A stretch of 64,000 bases of DNA from a virus. Location of the stretch: the IMG/VR virus record IMGVR_UViG_3300033148_007258, positions 3,997 to 67,996 of that record; one strand, written 5' to 3'. Below, in pieces: positions 55,244-64,000 of the stretch. Within the stretch, counting starts at the first letter, position 1, and the number at the start of each line of letters is the position of its first letter. The position numbers and the translations under genes are program-made. Under the pieces are notes generated by a model. That model did not search any database. It saw only the letters and a program-made list of their open reading frames with translations, and was not told the DNA's origin.

Positions 55244-55851
55244 ACGAGAACGGCAGTAAGATAATATTGGATTTATGCGGGGGAACCGGTGCATGGTCGA
55301 GACCTTATGCTGAAGCCGGTTATGATGTGCGGAATATTACATTACCAGAATATGATGTCCGTACATTTAAACCGCCTGAAAATGTTTACGGGATATTGGC
55401 TGCGCCGCCGTGTACGATGTTTAGCATAGCCAGGACTACTGCAAAAAAACCAAGAGATTTAAAGGGTGGAATGGAGATTGTTGTTGCATGTCTGAATATT
55501 ATTTGGAATTGCAGATATAAAAACAGACTAAAATTTTGGGCATTAGAAAATCCAATGGGCATATTGAGACAATTTCTTGGCGTTCCAAGATTTACATTTG
55601 ATCCTTATGAATATGGAAATCCCTTTACTAAAAAAACAGATATTTGGGAATATTTTAATATTCCTAAAAAGAAACCATTAAATCCGTATCAATATGATAT
55701 TATTAGTGCGGGCTTGAAAGGAAGAAAATATAAAACAAGATTATTTGCTATACCTTGTTGGGGTGAGGATATTACTACAGGTAATCAAAAGATTAAAAGA
55801 GCAATTACGCCCTCCGGATTTGCGCAAGCGTTTTTCAGGGCGAATCAATGA
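55240..55851 (+). CDS. Short C5-cytosine methyltransferase-like protein
   Basis: LDLCGGTG, APPC..FS, ENP motifs. Confidence 0.75.
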   Translation: MNENGSKIILDLCGGTGAWSRPYAEAGYDVRNITLPEYDVRTFKPPENVYGILAAPPCTMFSIARTTAKKPRDLKGGMEIVVACLNIIWNCRYKNRLKFWALENPMGILRQFLGVPRFTFDPYEYGNPFTKKTDIWEYFNIPKKKPLNPYQYDIISAGLKGRKYKTRLFAIPCWGEDITTGNQKIKRAITPSGFAQAFFRANQ

Positions 55852-55867
55852 ACGAAAGGACAGAACC

Positions 55868-56143
55868 ATGAATAAGCGTGAAGCAGAAATACTCGAAGAA
55901 TGCAAGCGTCTGCTCGTTGAGGCGTTCGAGAAGGGGATTGAAAAGGGGAAAAAGCAGGGACGGACTGGATGGGAGAAGATGAGTTCTGAAGACTTTGGGT
56001 GGAGAGCGTCTGATCACTTAATGGAATTAACAGACAAACCCATTAGATTATGCACCACCGAAAAATCATTAGAATTACTTACAGACGGCATCACCTACGC
56101 CGCATTCGCCTATTATCGGCTAAAACAAGGAGAAGGGAAATGA
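55868..56143 (+). CDS. Hypothetical protein
   Basis: AAGGA RBS. Confidence 0.55.
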   Translation: MNKREAEILEECKRLLVEAFEKGIEKGKKQGRTGWEKMSSEDFGWRASDHLMELTDKPIRLCTTEKSLELLTDGITYAAFAYYRLKQGEGK

Positions 56144-56349
56144 AACGAGAAATCTATGAATGTAATACTTGCGGAGAACACGCTTTTAGTTTTGCTGGAA
56201 GAAATACGTGGATTACTATTTCACCTTCAGGCAAGATGGAAATCGTCACATCAGGTGAAGATGGAATGGAAATTAACAACCGGACTAATGAAGATATGCA
56301 TTTCTGTAGCGATAGTTGCTTGATCCAATTTATCAGAAAACAGTATTGA
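56140..56349 (+). CDS. Small zinc-finger protein
   Basis: CNTC...HFCSDSC. Confidence 0.55.
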   Translation: MKREIYECNTCGEHAFSFAGRNTWITISPSGKMEIVTSGEDGMEINNRTNEDMHFCSDSCLIQFIRKQY

Positions 56350-56585
56350 TGGCACGAACGATAATATTGAAAGAGAAGCGTACATTCAGGGAACAACGAG
56401 CGGCTCAAAAAGACCACGATCGACGCATATTACAGGCAGACGATGAAAAACGAACCTCCAAAGAGTGGCTTGTGCGAAAAATACTTCAAAAACTGGATTT
56501 GAATGACAAGGATTATGTTAAGGCGCATTACCGGTTTATGCTCGTTAACAAGAATGTGTTACAACAAATAGCAGATTTGTTATAA
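56349..56585 (+). CDS. Hypothetical protein
   Basis: TGATG coupling. Confidence 0.5.
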   Translation: MARTIILKEKRTFREQRAAQKDHDRRILQADDEKRTSKEWLVRKILQKLDLNDKDYVKAHYRFMLVNKNVLQQIADLL

Positions 56586-56599
56586 CGGAGATTTGGAGA

Positions 56600-57367
56600 T
56601 TGTACGGCGGCGGGTTTATAGCGATACACAGAAAGATACGGGAAAGCTGGTTGTGGCGGTCGGGGGTATACAATTATTTCCAAGCGTGGACGGACTTGAT
56701 TATGGAAGTATGTTATATGCCGCAGAAAAGGGTCTATAAAGGCGAGCTTTACGAACTCAAGCGGGGCGAAATGCTTTACAGCTTGCAATATTTGGGGGAA
56801 CGCTGGGGCTGGAGCACAACAAAGGTGGAGAAGTTTTTGTCAATTCTCGAAACAGACAAAGCTATAAAAAGGGTAAAGAAAAAAGGAAACTCAATTAGCA
56901 GGCTAACTATATGTCAATACGACATTTACAATCCGCCTCAAGACGCTCCACAAAACTTAGAAAAAACTTCCAAAAAACTTAGAAAAGAAGAATCTAACAA
57001 TACCAACAAGACAAACAAAAAAGAAGTTTATACTCGTGTTTTTGATTTTTGGAATAAGCAGAACGTTATCAAACACCGTAAGCTCCACGAAAAAGACATT
57101 GCAAGAATCAACGGCGCCCTTACTGAATTTACCGAACAAGAAATTCTCGAAGGCATTAGAAATTATGCCAACATTCTCTGTAGCGACAGATACTATTTCA
57201 ATTATAAATGGACATTGCGGGATTTTTTAATGCGGGGGTTAAGAAAGTTTGTTTCGGCGGCACAACCATTTGGGAATTATGCAAAAGATAGAAACCAAGA
57301 GCCAGAGCCTCTTGATTCTGGCGTTAGTCGTGTTGTTTACAAGCGTGGACGTACCGTTAATGAGTGA
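56600..57367 (+). CDS. Replication initiator (replisome organiser, lambda O-like position)
   Basis: GFIAIHRKI..W.W N-terminus; internal A-rich iteron linker; precedes helicase. Confidence 0.8.
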   Translation: MYGGGFIAIHRKIRESWLWRSGVYNYFQAWTDLIMEVCYMPQKRVYKGELYELKRGEMLYSLQYLGERWGWSTTKVEKFLSILETDKAIKRVKKKGNSISRLTICQYDIYNPPQDAPQNLEKTSKKLRKEESNNTNKTNKKEVYTRVFDFWNKQNVIKHRKLHEKDIARINGALTEFTEQEILEGIRNYANILCSDRYYFNYKWTLRDFLMRGLRKFVSAAQPFGNYAKDRNQEPEPLDSGVSRVVYKRGRTVNE

Positions 57368-58778
57368 TCGTATTCCACCGCAGGCGGTTGACATAGAGAT
57401 GGCGGTTATAGGCGCCATGATGCACTATGAAGGGGCTACGGATGTGGTAGTCGGTGTATTCACGAAGCCGGAAGTATTCTACAAGGCGGCTCACAGCATC
57501 ATATTCAAGGCGATACTACAGCTCTACAACAAGAATGTCAATGTTGACCTTGTTACTGTTAAAGACCGATTAGAGAAGTCGCACCTACTTAAACCTGCGG
57601 GCGGCGCGTATTATCTGACCGAGTGTCTCAATCAAGTTACAGCGGCAAGTAATGTCGGCTATCATGCAAAGATTGTTTATGAAAAATACATCTTACGGCA
57701 AATCATCGAGACGGGTCGGGAAATCATTGAACGGGGATACGACGCCTCTGACGGGGCAATGGAAATACTGGACGGTGTTGAGAACAAGATACTCGGCATC
57801 AGGGAATCCGGCGCTGAAGACAAGACAGAGTCTATCGGCAAGATTGTTCCACGCGCAATGGATGAGGTTGAGTTCCTTCAGTCGAATAAGACAGGGATCA
57901 TCGGCGTTCCCTGCGGACTGTCGTCATTTGACAACAAGACCGGAGGGTTCTTTAACGGCGACCTTATTATTATTGCGGCGAACCCCGGTGTCGGGAAAAC
58001 GGCTTTCGCGGTGTATTACGCTTATGCGGCGGCAACGAAACACAAGCAGTCTGTTGGCTTTATCAGTCTTGAAATGACGAAAGAGCAGATATTTTATCGG
58101 ATATTGAGCATCAAGAGTTTTGTGCCTTATGAGGACATTCGGCGCGGCAGAGCGACCGCGGAGCAGCAACAAAAGCTGGTTCAATCAATGGCTTATCTGG
58201 AAGACAAACCAATTTACATTAACGACCGGGGCGGCATCAACCGGCTGGAGCTACGGTCGCAAGCGCGGCGGCTCAAGAAACGGTACAAAATCGACATCCT
58301 GTTTGTGGATTATTTACAGCTTATGAGCGGCGTGAACGAATCCAGCAGGCGGCTTGAAATCGAGGCTATAACGCGGTCGTTAAAGGCGTTGGCTAAGGAG
58401 CTGCGTATCCCTGTCGTGGTGCTGTCGCAATTGAGCCGTGAGTCTGCCAAACAGAACCGGCTTCCCCGACTGGATGATTTGCGGGAATCGGGGTCAATCG
58501 AGCAGGACGCCGACACGGTGATCATGTTACACCGCAAAAATATGGATGGCGACGGCAGCGCCACTTATAACATAGAGGGCGAAAGCGTTATGTCGCCGGA
58601 TGACGAGGGGTTGATTATCACGGAGTTTTTATTCCGCAAACAGCGCAGCGGGTCGACGGGTAAAATATACTTAAAAACGTCTCTGCCGAACAACCATTAC
58701 TACTGCTTGGAAACAAGATATGGAGCTGAGGATACCGAGCGACACGACCCGAAAAAGCTGGCGGCGGGGGATTATTAA
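57360..58778 (+). CDS. dnaB: Replicative DNA helicase
   Basis: PPQ...E, PGVGKT, SLEM, DYLQL, SQLSR, LRESGSIEQDAD, KQRSG. Confidence 0.95.
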   Translation: MSDRIPPQAVDIEMAVIGAMMHYEGATDVVVGVFTKPEVFYKAAHSIIFKAILQLYNKNVNVDLVTVKDRLEKSHLLKPAGGAYYLTECLNQVTAASNVGYHAKIVYEKYILRQIIETGREIIERGYDASDGAMEILDGVENKILGIRESGAEDKTESIGKIVPRAMDEVEFLQSNKTGIIGVPCGLSSFDNKTGGFFNGDLIIIAANPGVGKTAFAVYYAYAAATKHKQSVGFISLEMTKEQIFYRILSIKSFVPYEDIRRGRATAEQQQKLVQSMAYLEDKPIYINDRGGINRLELRSQARRLKKRYKIDILFVDYLQLMSGVNESSRRLEIEAITRSLKALAKELRIPVVVLSQLSRESAKQNRLPRLDDLRESGSIEQDADTVIMLHRKNMDGDGSATYNIEGESVMSPDDEGLIITEFLFRKQRSGSTGKIYLKTSLPNNHYYCLETRYGAEDTERHDPKKLAAGDY

Positions 58779-58794
58779 CAAAAAGGAGTAAACT

Positions 58795-58992
58795 ATGAAT
58801 GCTTCAGAAGAAAAGAGACACCGGGAACAAGTCGAGTGTCTGAAGGCGATAGCCGACCGGCTGGCGGACATTGAGCGGGCGTTGCAATATATGGTGAAGC
58901 ACTATAAGCCCCTGGTTTTAAATGAGCGCATTGGAAAAACACGCCTAAGAACACTCATGAAGGGACAATGGAAAAATGAAAAAAACAGCTAA
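58795..58992 (+). CDS. Hypothetical protein
   Basis: AAGGAG RBS. Confidence 0.5.
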   Translation: MNASEEKRHREQVECLKAIADRLADIERALQYMVKHYKPLVLNERIGKTRLRTLMKGQWKNEKNS

Positions 58993-59554
58993 ACAGAAGG
59001 GGATTGTTGAGTTTCGGCTGGAGGGGCTTGCCAAAGAGCGGGGGCTATCGGTTAAGGCGTTTCTACAGCAGCGATATGAAACGGACGGGTCGATGCGCAG
59101 GCTTGCCGAAGAAATGTGGTGTTCAGCGTATCCTCTATATATGGCGATGAGGCGTCGTGGAATCAAGTGTGTGGGGCGCACCAAGCATGGGCAAAAGGCT
59201 GGAACCGGTAAGGTTCAACGTCGCGTTGCGGATTACGGCGGGGCAAGCTGGCTTCGAGAAAGAATACAACAGGGCTGGCGGCAAGCCGATATTGCACGGT
59301 TTCTCCAATGTACCACAGGGAGCATGTACGGGCTGTTGAATCATTTTGGCGTGAACTATGCAAGGGTTAAAAACACCGCCGAAGACAATGGTCGCCATGC
59401 CGTTAAAAAGAGAAACGGTAAAGCCAAAAAGTGGCAAGCGCCCTGCAAGGTTCTGACGGGCGATGAACTTCCGTCGAAAGAATATTACCTGCAACAAATT
59501 GAAAGAGCGCGGCAGAACGAGCACGGCTGGTTTTATCTTGAGGGGCAGGGGTGA
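58976..59554 (+). CDS. Basic protein with two HTH-like segments
   Basis: SMRRLAEEM and QADIARFL. Confidence 0.55.
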   Translation: MKKTAKQKGIVEFRLEGLAKERGLSVKAFLQQRYETDGSMRRLAEEMWCSAYPLYMAMRRRGIKCVGRTKHGQKAGTGKVQRRVADYGGASWLRERIQQGWRQADIARFLQCTTGSMYGLLNHFGVNYARVKNTAEDNGRHAVKKRNGKAKKWQAPCKVLTGDELPSKEYYLQQIERARQNEHGWFYLEGQG

Positions 59555-59557
59555 GTT

Positions 59558-59935
59558 ATGAAGGTGAGTGATATTTATACAGCAAGAGATGCCAAGGAGT
59601 ATATCGGCAATTCTAAGTCATGGCGGAAGGCATGGCTGGCAAGCAGGCGCAAGTGGGAACTTATTCGGGCTGGAAAAAGACGATATAAACGAAAAAACAA
59701 TTGTGGTTTTTGTTTTGTGATAGCACATAGTGGGGGATATGTTGGCTGTTTATTGTGTCCTGTGTTGGATTATTGTAACCGTATAGAAGCCGGGCGAGGC
59801 AACGCCACTGAGGTTTTGCAATATCTCGACGCCAACAAAAAGCGCATTTTTGCATTAGATGAGAAACGGGTGGAAAATATGTGGATTAAAATATTTAGGA
59901 AATTGATTATAGATAATAACACGAAAGAAGAATGA
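59558..59935 (+). CDS. Cys-rich paralogue family A, copy 2
   Basis: YIGNSKSWRKAW, CGFC, YLDANKKRI. Confidence 0.65.
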   Translation: MKVSDIYTARDAKEYIGNSKSWRKAWLASRRKWELIRAGKRRYKRKNNCGFCFVIAHSGGYVGCLLCPVLDYCNRIEAGRGNATEVLQYLDANKKRIFALDEKRVENMWIKIFRKLIIDNNTKEE

Positions 59936-59936
59936 G

Positions 59937-60578
59937 GTGTTAACATTGGAAAAATTTACGCAAGGACTGATTGCATACGGGGAAGCTCTGAAGCGAATAC
60001 GGGGAGAACAAATCCATAGAATGATAGAAATAAAGTGCCGTAAAAAAACCCAAAAGAGGGCGCTCAAGAAAGACAAGAAGGTCTGGGGATTGCGCATTTG
60101 TGTGGGCGGCAACGAATATTCCTGTTGCTTTGATGAAACTTTTGCCGGGTCTTATAGCGCCAAGAGGTCGTGGGGGGGCAACGGGGCAAACACGCCTAAT
60201 ATATTTTATCAAAACGGTCGAGACCATCGAATGTATTGGCACTTCTTCAGAAAAAAACGAGATGCGGTTGCGTGTGGCGAACGGCTAATTAAACTCGGGA
60301 TTTATGAAAATATTGTTTCTAAAAGTTGTGCCATCTTGGGTCAATATAGTATAGGCGATTACTCAATAAAAGCCCTTGAATACATTATTCCTGCCGGTAC
60401 ATGGGTACAATATGGCTATGACCATCAACCTCAGTATCCTATGTGGGGTGTTGACAAGCTAAAGCAATTTAATCACAGTGAGCCGCCGCCATCATTAGAG
60501 CCGATAATTGTCTGTTCCAAATTCATCAATCCAAGAGTGGGGAAAAATACTTATGAAGTGGGCGTATTTTCGCATTAG
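59937..60578 (+). CDS. Paralogue family B, copy 3
   Basis: LKKD.KVW, WHFF, YIIPAGT.VQYG, FINPRV. Confidence 0.65.
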   Translation: MLTLEKFTQGLIAYGEALKRIRGEQIHRMIEIKCRKKTQKRALKKDKKVWGLRICVGGNEYSCCFDETFAGSYSAKRSWGGNGANTPNIFYQNGRDHRMYWHFFRKKRDAVACGERLIKLGIYENIVSKSCAILGQYSIGDYSIKALEYIIPAGTWVQYGYDHQPQYPMWGVDKLKQFNHSEPPPSLEPIIVCSKFINPRVGKNTYEVGVFSH

Positions 60579-60602
60579 ATAACACGAAAGGGGAGGTATC
60601 AA

Positions 60603-61109
60603 ATGAATGAAAAGAAAAAACAAACAATCTTTGATCTTTTAAACCGGATCAAGGAGCAAGTTAAGGGTTGTCCGGTACTTTATGTTGAGTGTATCAAAAG
60701 AGATATAAACGGCATGAAATATGATTTAAACAATATCAAAAAAATGGAAGATGCTCAACGATTTGTTGAACATTTAAGAAGGATGTTTAAATGTGAAATT
60801 AATGTTCGGGCTTATAGGTCAAATATGATAACGATCTATGTATATGTCAACAACGAGACATTAATCAAAGCTGTTTATGAAGAGTTTAAAGCATTTTATC
60901 CCCATAATGGTGAAGTAAAATATCGTTTAGGCTGTGGCTGTGTTGAGCTATCTAATAATGATTTAATAATTGAAATTGGCTTACTTGATAGTTCATGCCA
61001 AGTGGAAACTATCAAACCACCCCAGAAAGCAGAATATAAGATATTCTGCGATAAAGGCATGGAGATTGATTTGGAAGAATTGTTTCAAGACAACACGAAA
61101 GGGGAATGA
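60603..61109 (+). CDS. Hypothetical protein
   Basis: GGAGG RBS. Confidence 0.6.
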   Translation: MNEKKKQTIFDLLNRIKEQVKGCPVLYVECIKRDINGMKYDLNNIKKMEDAQRFVEHLRRMFKCEINVRAYRSNMITIYVYVNNETLIKAVYEEFKAFYPHNGEVKYRLGCGCVELSNNDLIIEIGLLDSSCQVETIKPPQKAEYKIFCDKGMEIDLEELFQDNTKGE

Positions 61110-61112
61110 GGT

Positions 61113-61571
61113 ATGATTAACAAAAAACCTATTTACATCGGATTTCATTACAACAGCGGGTTTACGCCGCCGTCGATTAACCGCAAGTATGTGGAGCGGC
61201 TGGTGCGGTATCTGCAAGATAAGTATCCCGAAGAGCGGTTCTGGGCGTCACACCTGAAAATCAATCCCGAAACGCCGGAAGACGAGGCAATCTGTATGTG
61301 TCTTGACAAGATTCCCCAGTGCAAGGCGCTGTGGATGTACCGCATCACAATGGGCGGGCAGGAGATGTTTCCAATGAGCGATAATATGATTGTGGAAATC
61401 AGCCTTGCCGACAGCGAAGGGATACCGATTGAAATACACGACACGTTTCCGCAGACCATTCAGAGCGATATTGAATTGTTATGCGCAAGCAATGTTGAGA
61501 TCGCGGACATGGCGAAGCTGCGGAAGGCGGAACGGGAAGCGGTGGCGGATAATTATTCACAGCGTGAATAA
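61113..61571 (+). CDS. Deoxyribosyltransferase-like Rossmann-fold phage protein
   Basis: C.ALW...S..M..EI..A...GIPI. Confidence 0.5.
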   Translation: MINKKPIYIGFHYNSGFTPPSINRKYVERLVRYLQDKYPEERFWASHLKINPETPEDEAICMCLDKIPQCKALWMYRITMGGQEMFPMSDNMIVEISLADSEGIPIEIHDTFPQTIQSDIELLCASNVEIADMAKLRKAEREAVADNYSQRE

Positions 61572-61586
61572 TATACAGGGGATATA

Positions 61587-61916
61587 ATGAAACTCAGCGA
61601 ACTACGCAATGTCGAAGATGTTCGGCGATATGTCGGCAGGTCATGGCGGAAAGCATGGCTGGCAACCTTTGAGAAATTAAAACGAAGCCTTGACAAAGAT
61701 CGTAGTTTATTCGGAGCAGACTGTGGCTTCTGTTTTGTAGCCAAAAGAACAAGTGGTTGTTCAACAAGAACCAAGGGCTTTTGTCAAACCTATTGTCCTA
61801 TTTCAGGTGCATGTAATTCAATGTCTCCTCTGGCAACAAATCAAAAACTTGATTATTTGTTAGCCAACAAGAAGCGCATTTACGCGATGGATAAAAAGGA
61901 GAAAACAAAACAATGA
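61587..61916 (+). CDS. Cys-rich paralogue family A, copy 3
   Basis: SWRKAW, CGFC, YL.ANKKRI.AMD. Confidence 0.65.
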   Translation: MKLSELRNVEDVRRYVGRSWRKAWLATFEKLKRSLDKDRSLFGADCGFCFVAKRTSGCSTRTKGFCQTYCPISGACNSMSPLATNQKLDYLLANKKRIYAMDKKEKTKQ

Positions 61917-62716
61917 ATCCGTTGATTATCGGTATCGGGCACAAGGCACGGCAGGGCAAGGATTTGGTTGCCGAGCGCCTGCAAAAACGGTATGGCATAA
62001 AACATTATAAACCCATAAAGGCGGCATCTGTCCGGCTATTACGTTTTATACAAAGGCGGCGCATGTATCATATACACATCATTCGGTTTGCGGATGCGCT
62101 GAAGGAAGAATGCCGACACATGTACATTTCTCCAAGTTTCGGCTTTTTTAGAGCAGATATACGTATTTCTCCTCCAGGCGAACCACCAGAATCTTATTTA
62201 GCTCTTATGATACCAGAAGAGGTGTTGTCAACAATCAAACAAAAGCATTACTCAATAGGGGCAAGGAGAGAAGGGGAGAGACTACCCCGCAAATTAGGTA
62301 GCCCCTATTATGACGGTCAAGAACACAAACAAGGGCGTTTCCCGGAATTGTGGCAATTTTGGGGGTCGTTTCGCAGGGAGCAAGACGAGTATTACTGGAT
62401 TAACAAGGTGACGGAACAAATAAATAAAATTGAATCAAATAAAGACAAACCGACTATTGTCTTAATTCCTGATACGCGGTACAAAAATGAGGCAGAATAT
62501 ATTAAGGGGCGGGGCGGCGTGGTGTGGGACATTCAACGCATCAAGAACGGCGAACAGCTTATAGCGGGCGACCGCGACCCGGATCATGCAAGCGAAACGG
62601 ATTTGGACGACTGGGAGTTTGATGCGGTTCTTTCGGCGCCGGACGGGGATAAGGCTACCTTGTTGAAACGGGCAGACAGAGTATTTGAGGAGACAATTAA
62701 AAATGCTGGTATATGA
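61913..62716 (+). CDS. Deoxynucleoside monophosphate kinase
   Basis: GHKARQGKD, FADALK, Q.WG...R, DTRY.NE, HASE. Confidence 0.8.
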   Translation: MNPLIIGIGHKARQGKDLVAERLQKRYGIKHYKPIKAASVRLLRFIQRRRMYHIHIIRFADALKEECRHMYISPSFGFFRADIRISPPGEPPESYLALMIPEEVLSTIKQKHYSIGARREGERLPRKLGSPYYDGQEHKQGRFPELWQFWGSFRREQDEYYWINKVTEQINKIESNKDKPTIVLIPDTRYKNEAEYIKGRGGVVWDIQRIKNGEQLIAGDRDPDHASETDLDDWEFDAVLSAPDGDKATLLKRADRVFEETIKNAGI

Positions 62717-62912
62717 ATATGAATGTATCGTCTGCGGGCACACGGTGAATGTGGAGCAGTCTATGGAAGACGTGGAGCGGAACGTGTATTGTCAAGCGTG
62801 CAAAGAGGTGGGGGTTGAAGCGTTGATGCGCCGGAAGATAACGGGCGGTAGCGGGTTTATCCTGCGTGGCGGCGGCTGGGCAAGGGACGGATACGGGGGT
62901 AAAAACAAATAA
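62703..62912 (+). CDS. FmdB-family zinc-ribbon protein
   Basis: YEYEC..CG...C..C...F.L.G.GW..DGY. Confidence 0.75.
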   Translation: MLVYEYECIVCGHTVNVEQSMEDVERNVYCQACKEVGVEALMRRKITGGSGFILRGGGWARDGYGGKNK

Positions 62913-62929
62913 AAAAGGGAGTTATTATC

Positions 62930-63172
62930 ATGGCAAGTTCTACATCATCAGCATCAAGCGGCGGTATCAGCTTTACCGGTCTTTTAACAATAGTGTTTAT
63001 TATCCTTAAATTCACTGGACATTTTCCCCATTCGTGGTGGTGGGTGTTTTCACCATTTTGGATTGGTTTTCTTGCAATATTGCTGATTGGCGGTCTTTTC
63101 CTTCTCATTGCTTTTATCTTGATGAGATGGGAAAATTTAAAGAAAAAAAGAAGGAAAGGAAGCGCAAAATGA
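62930..63172 (+). CDS. Small phage membrane protein
   Basis: GGISF.GLL.IVFI.LK...WWWV.SP.W. Confidence 0.7.
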   Translation: MASSTSSASSGGISFTGLLTIVFIILKFTGHFPHSWWWVFSPFWIGFLAILLIGGLFLLIAFILMRWENLKKKRRKGSAK

Positions 63173-63447
63173 GAAAAAACAGTGATGCACCAAAGGAAGC
63201 CAAAGAACCAATGGCGGACAATCCCTTTTTCATGCTACATGAATCCAATATGATTTATAATGAAACTTGGCGGGCATTTACAAACAGCGCATTTTTTCAT
63301 GCGCTAATTGATGTTGAAAATTTTAAAACAAAAGTTATGGTTGATGAATTATCTAAAAAGATAGACCGTCTGACGTTTATGCTTGAAAATAAACTTGACA
63401 GATTGGCAGAGGCTTTAGAAGGTGCAAATATGAGGCGCGGCAAATAG
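63169..63447 (+). CDS. Hypothetical protein
   Basis: ATGA coupling. Confidence 0.5.
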   Translation: MRKNSDAPKEAKEPMADNPFFMLHESNMIYNETWRAFTNSAFFHALIDVENFKTKVMVDELSKKIDRLTFMLENKLDRLAEALEGANMRRGK

Positions 63448-63458
63448 AGGGCGGGATC

Positions 63459-63668
63459 GTGAGTGTTGAGCAGGTTAGATTTATGTTTATCATTTTAGCG
63501 ATGGTGTATTTCGGGCTTGCGGAAGCGGGCGGTATTCGCAACTGGGGGCTGCATTTTGTACAATATCTGCCGACATGGGTCGGTGTCGTGCTGGCTCTTG
63601 TGGCGGTATTTGTTATTGTGTTTTATCCGATGAAAACCAATAAAGGAGATAAAGATGGGAAACTATGA
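63459..63668 (+). CDS. Small two-TM membrane protein
   Basis: Two hydrophobic segments. Confidence 0.5.
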   Translation: MSVEQVRFMFIILAMVYFGLAEAGGIRNWGLHFVQYLPTWVGVVLALVAVFVIVFYPMKTNKGDKDGKL

Positions 63669-63966
63669 TACGGTCGGCGCGCGGGATTTGCAGATTAAGT
63701 GTGTTTATCATCCGACGCCTACAATGGAGCATTTTAACATAGGGGATAAAATTCCGCTGGCGGATGGAGTATATATTTGCTATGAAGGGTGGTTTGTTGT
63801 GCAGGACGGTATTGTTTTCGCCGAAGGGGAGAAGGTGTTTGATAAATATGGCGGCGAGGTTGAGACTGAGGCTCTCGTCGACAGGGAAAACCCTGTGGCG
63901 TTTGAGGTTAAGACGTGGGAAAACAAACAAAAAATAAACCAAAGGAGAAAACAATGGAATTCATAA
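63655..63966 (+). CDS. Hypothetical phage protein
   Basis: MG.YD.V...Q.K start shared with 47020; AAGGAG RBS. Confidence 0.55.
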   Translation: MGNYDTVGARDLQIKCVYHPTPTMEHFNIGDKIPLADGVYICYEGWFVVQDGIVFAEGEKVFDKYGGEVETEALVDRENPVAFEVKTWENKQKINQRRKQWNS

Positions 63967-64000
63967 TAACGGAGCAGCGGCGAGTTGATGGTAGGTGGGT

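Noticed and set aside
54173-55851. Restriction-modification system
   Set aside because: Two methyltransferases without a recognisable endonuclease; orphan methylases are common in phages.
50029-61916. Diversity-generating retroelement behind the paralogue families
   Set aside because: No reverse transcriptase in the window, and differences between copies are not adenine-specific.
1-64000. Alternative genetic code (stop-codon reassignment)
   Set aside because: Core genes are full length under the standard code, and TAA, TAG and TGA all end genes at sensible junctions.

Overview
The whole window reads as one temperate tailed phage, probably podovirus-like: terminase, portal, scaffold, HK97-type capsid, adaptor, nozzle and ejection proteins are present, with no recognisable tape measure or sheath. 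It appears to be the excised form, because the tyrosine integrase is followed by a tRNA-Arg(UCU) 3' core with arm-type repeats on both sides (intact attP). Layout: minus-strand cassette of small genes with a type II hammerhead ribozyme (1.1-3.4 kb); repeat-rich non-coding region (3.4-4.9 kb); accessory genes (4.9-11 kb); morphogenesis and lysis (11.3-42.1 kb); repressor plus outer-membrane barrel (42.2-43.4 kb); early, integration, recombination, methylase and replication genes (43.5-64 kb). The strongest candidate for an undescribed system is a set of at least four genes in the morphogenesis module (11806, 26204, 29649, 40771). They encode proteins with Sec-type signal peptides and a very high density of the Bacteroidota-type O-glycosylation sequon D-(S/T)-(A/I/L/V/M/T), while the ordinary structural proteins have almost none. 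This suggests exported, host-glycosylated virion or surface proteins. Other notable items are tRNA-like RNAs lacking a normal anticodon arm, a second copy of origin-like sequence, a shared operator, orphan antitoxins, a capsid-fragment mimic and a stand-alone TonB-plug lipoprotein. All product calls come from motif recognition by eye. No database searches were run, and all counts are hand counts.
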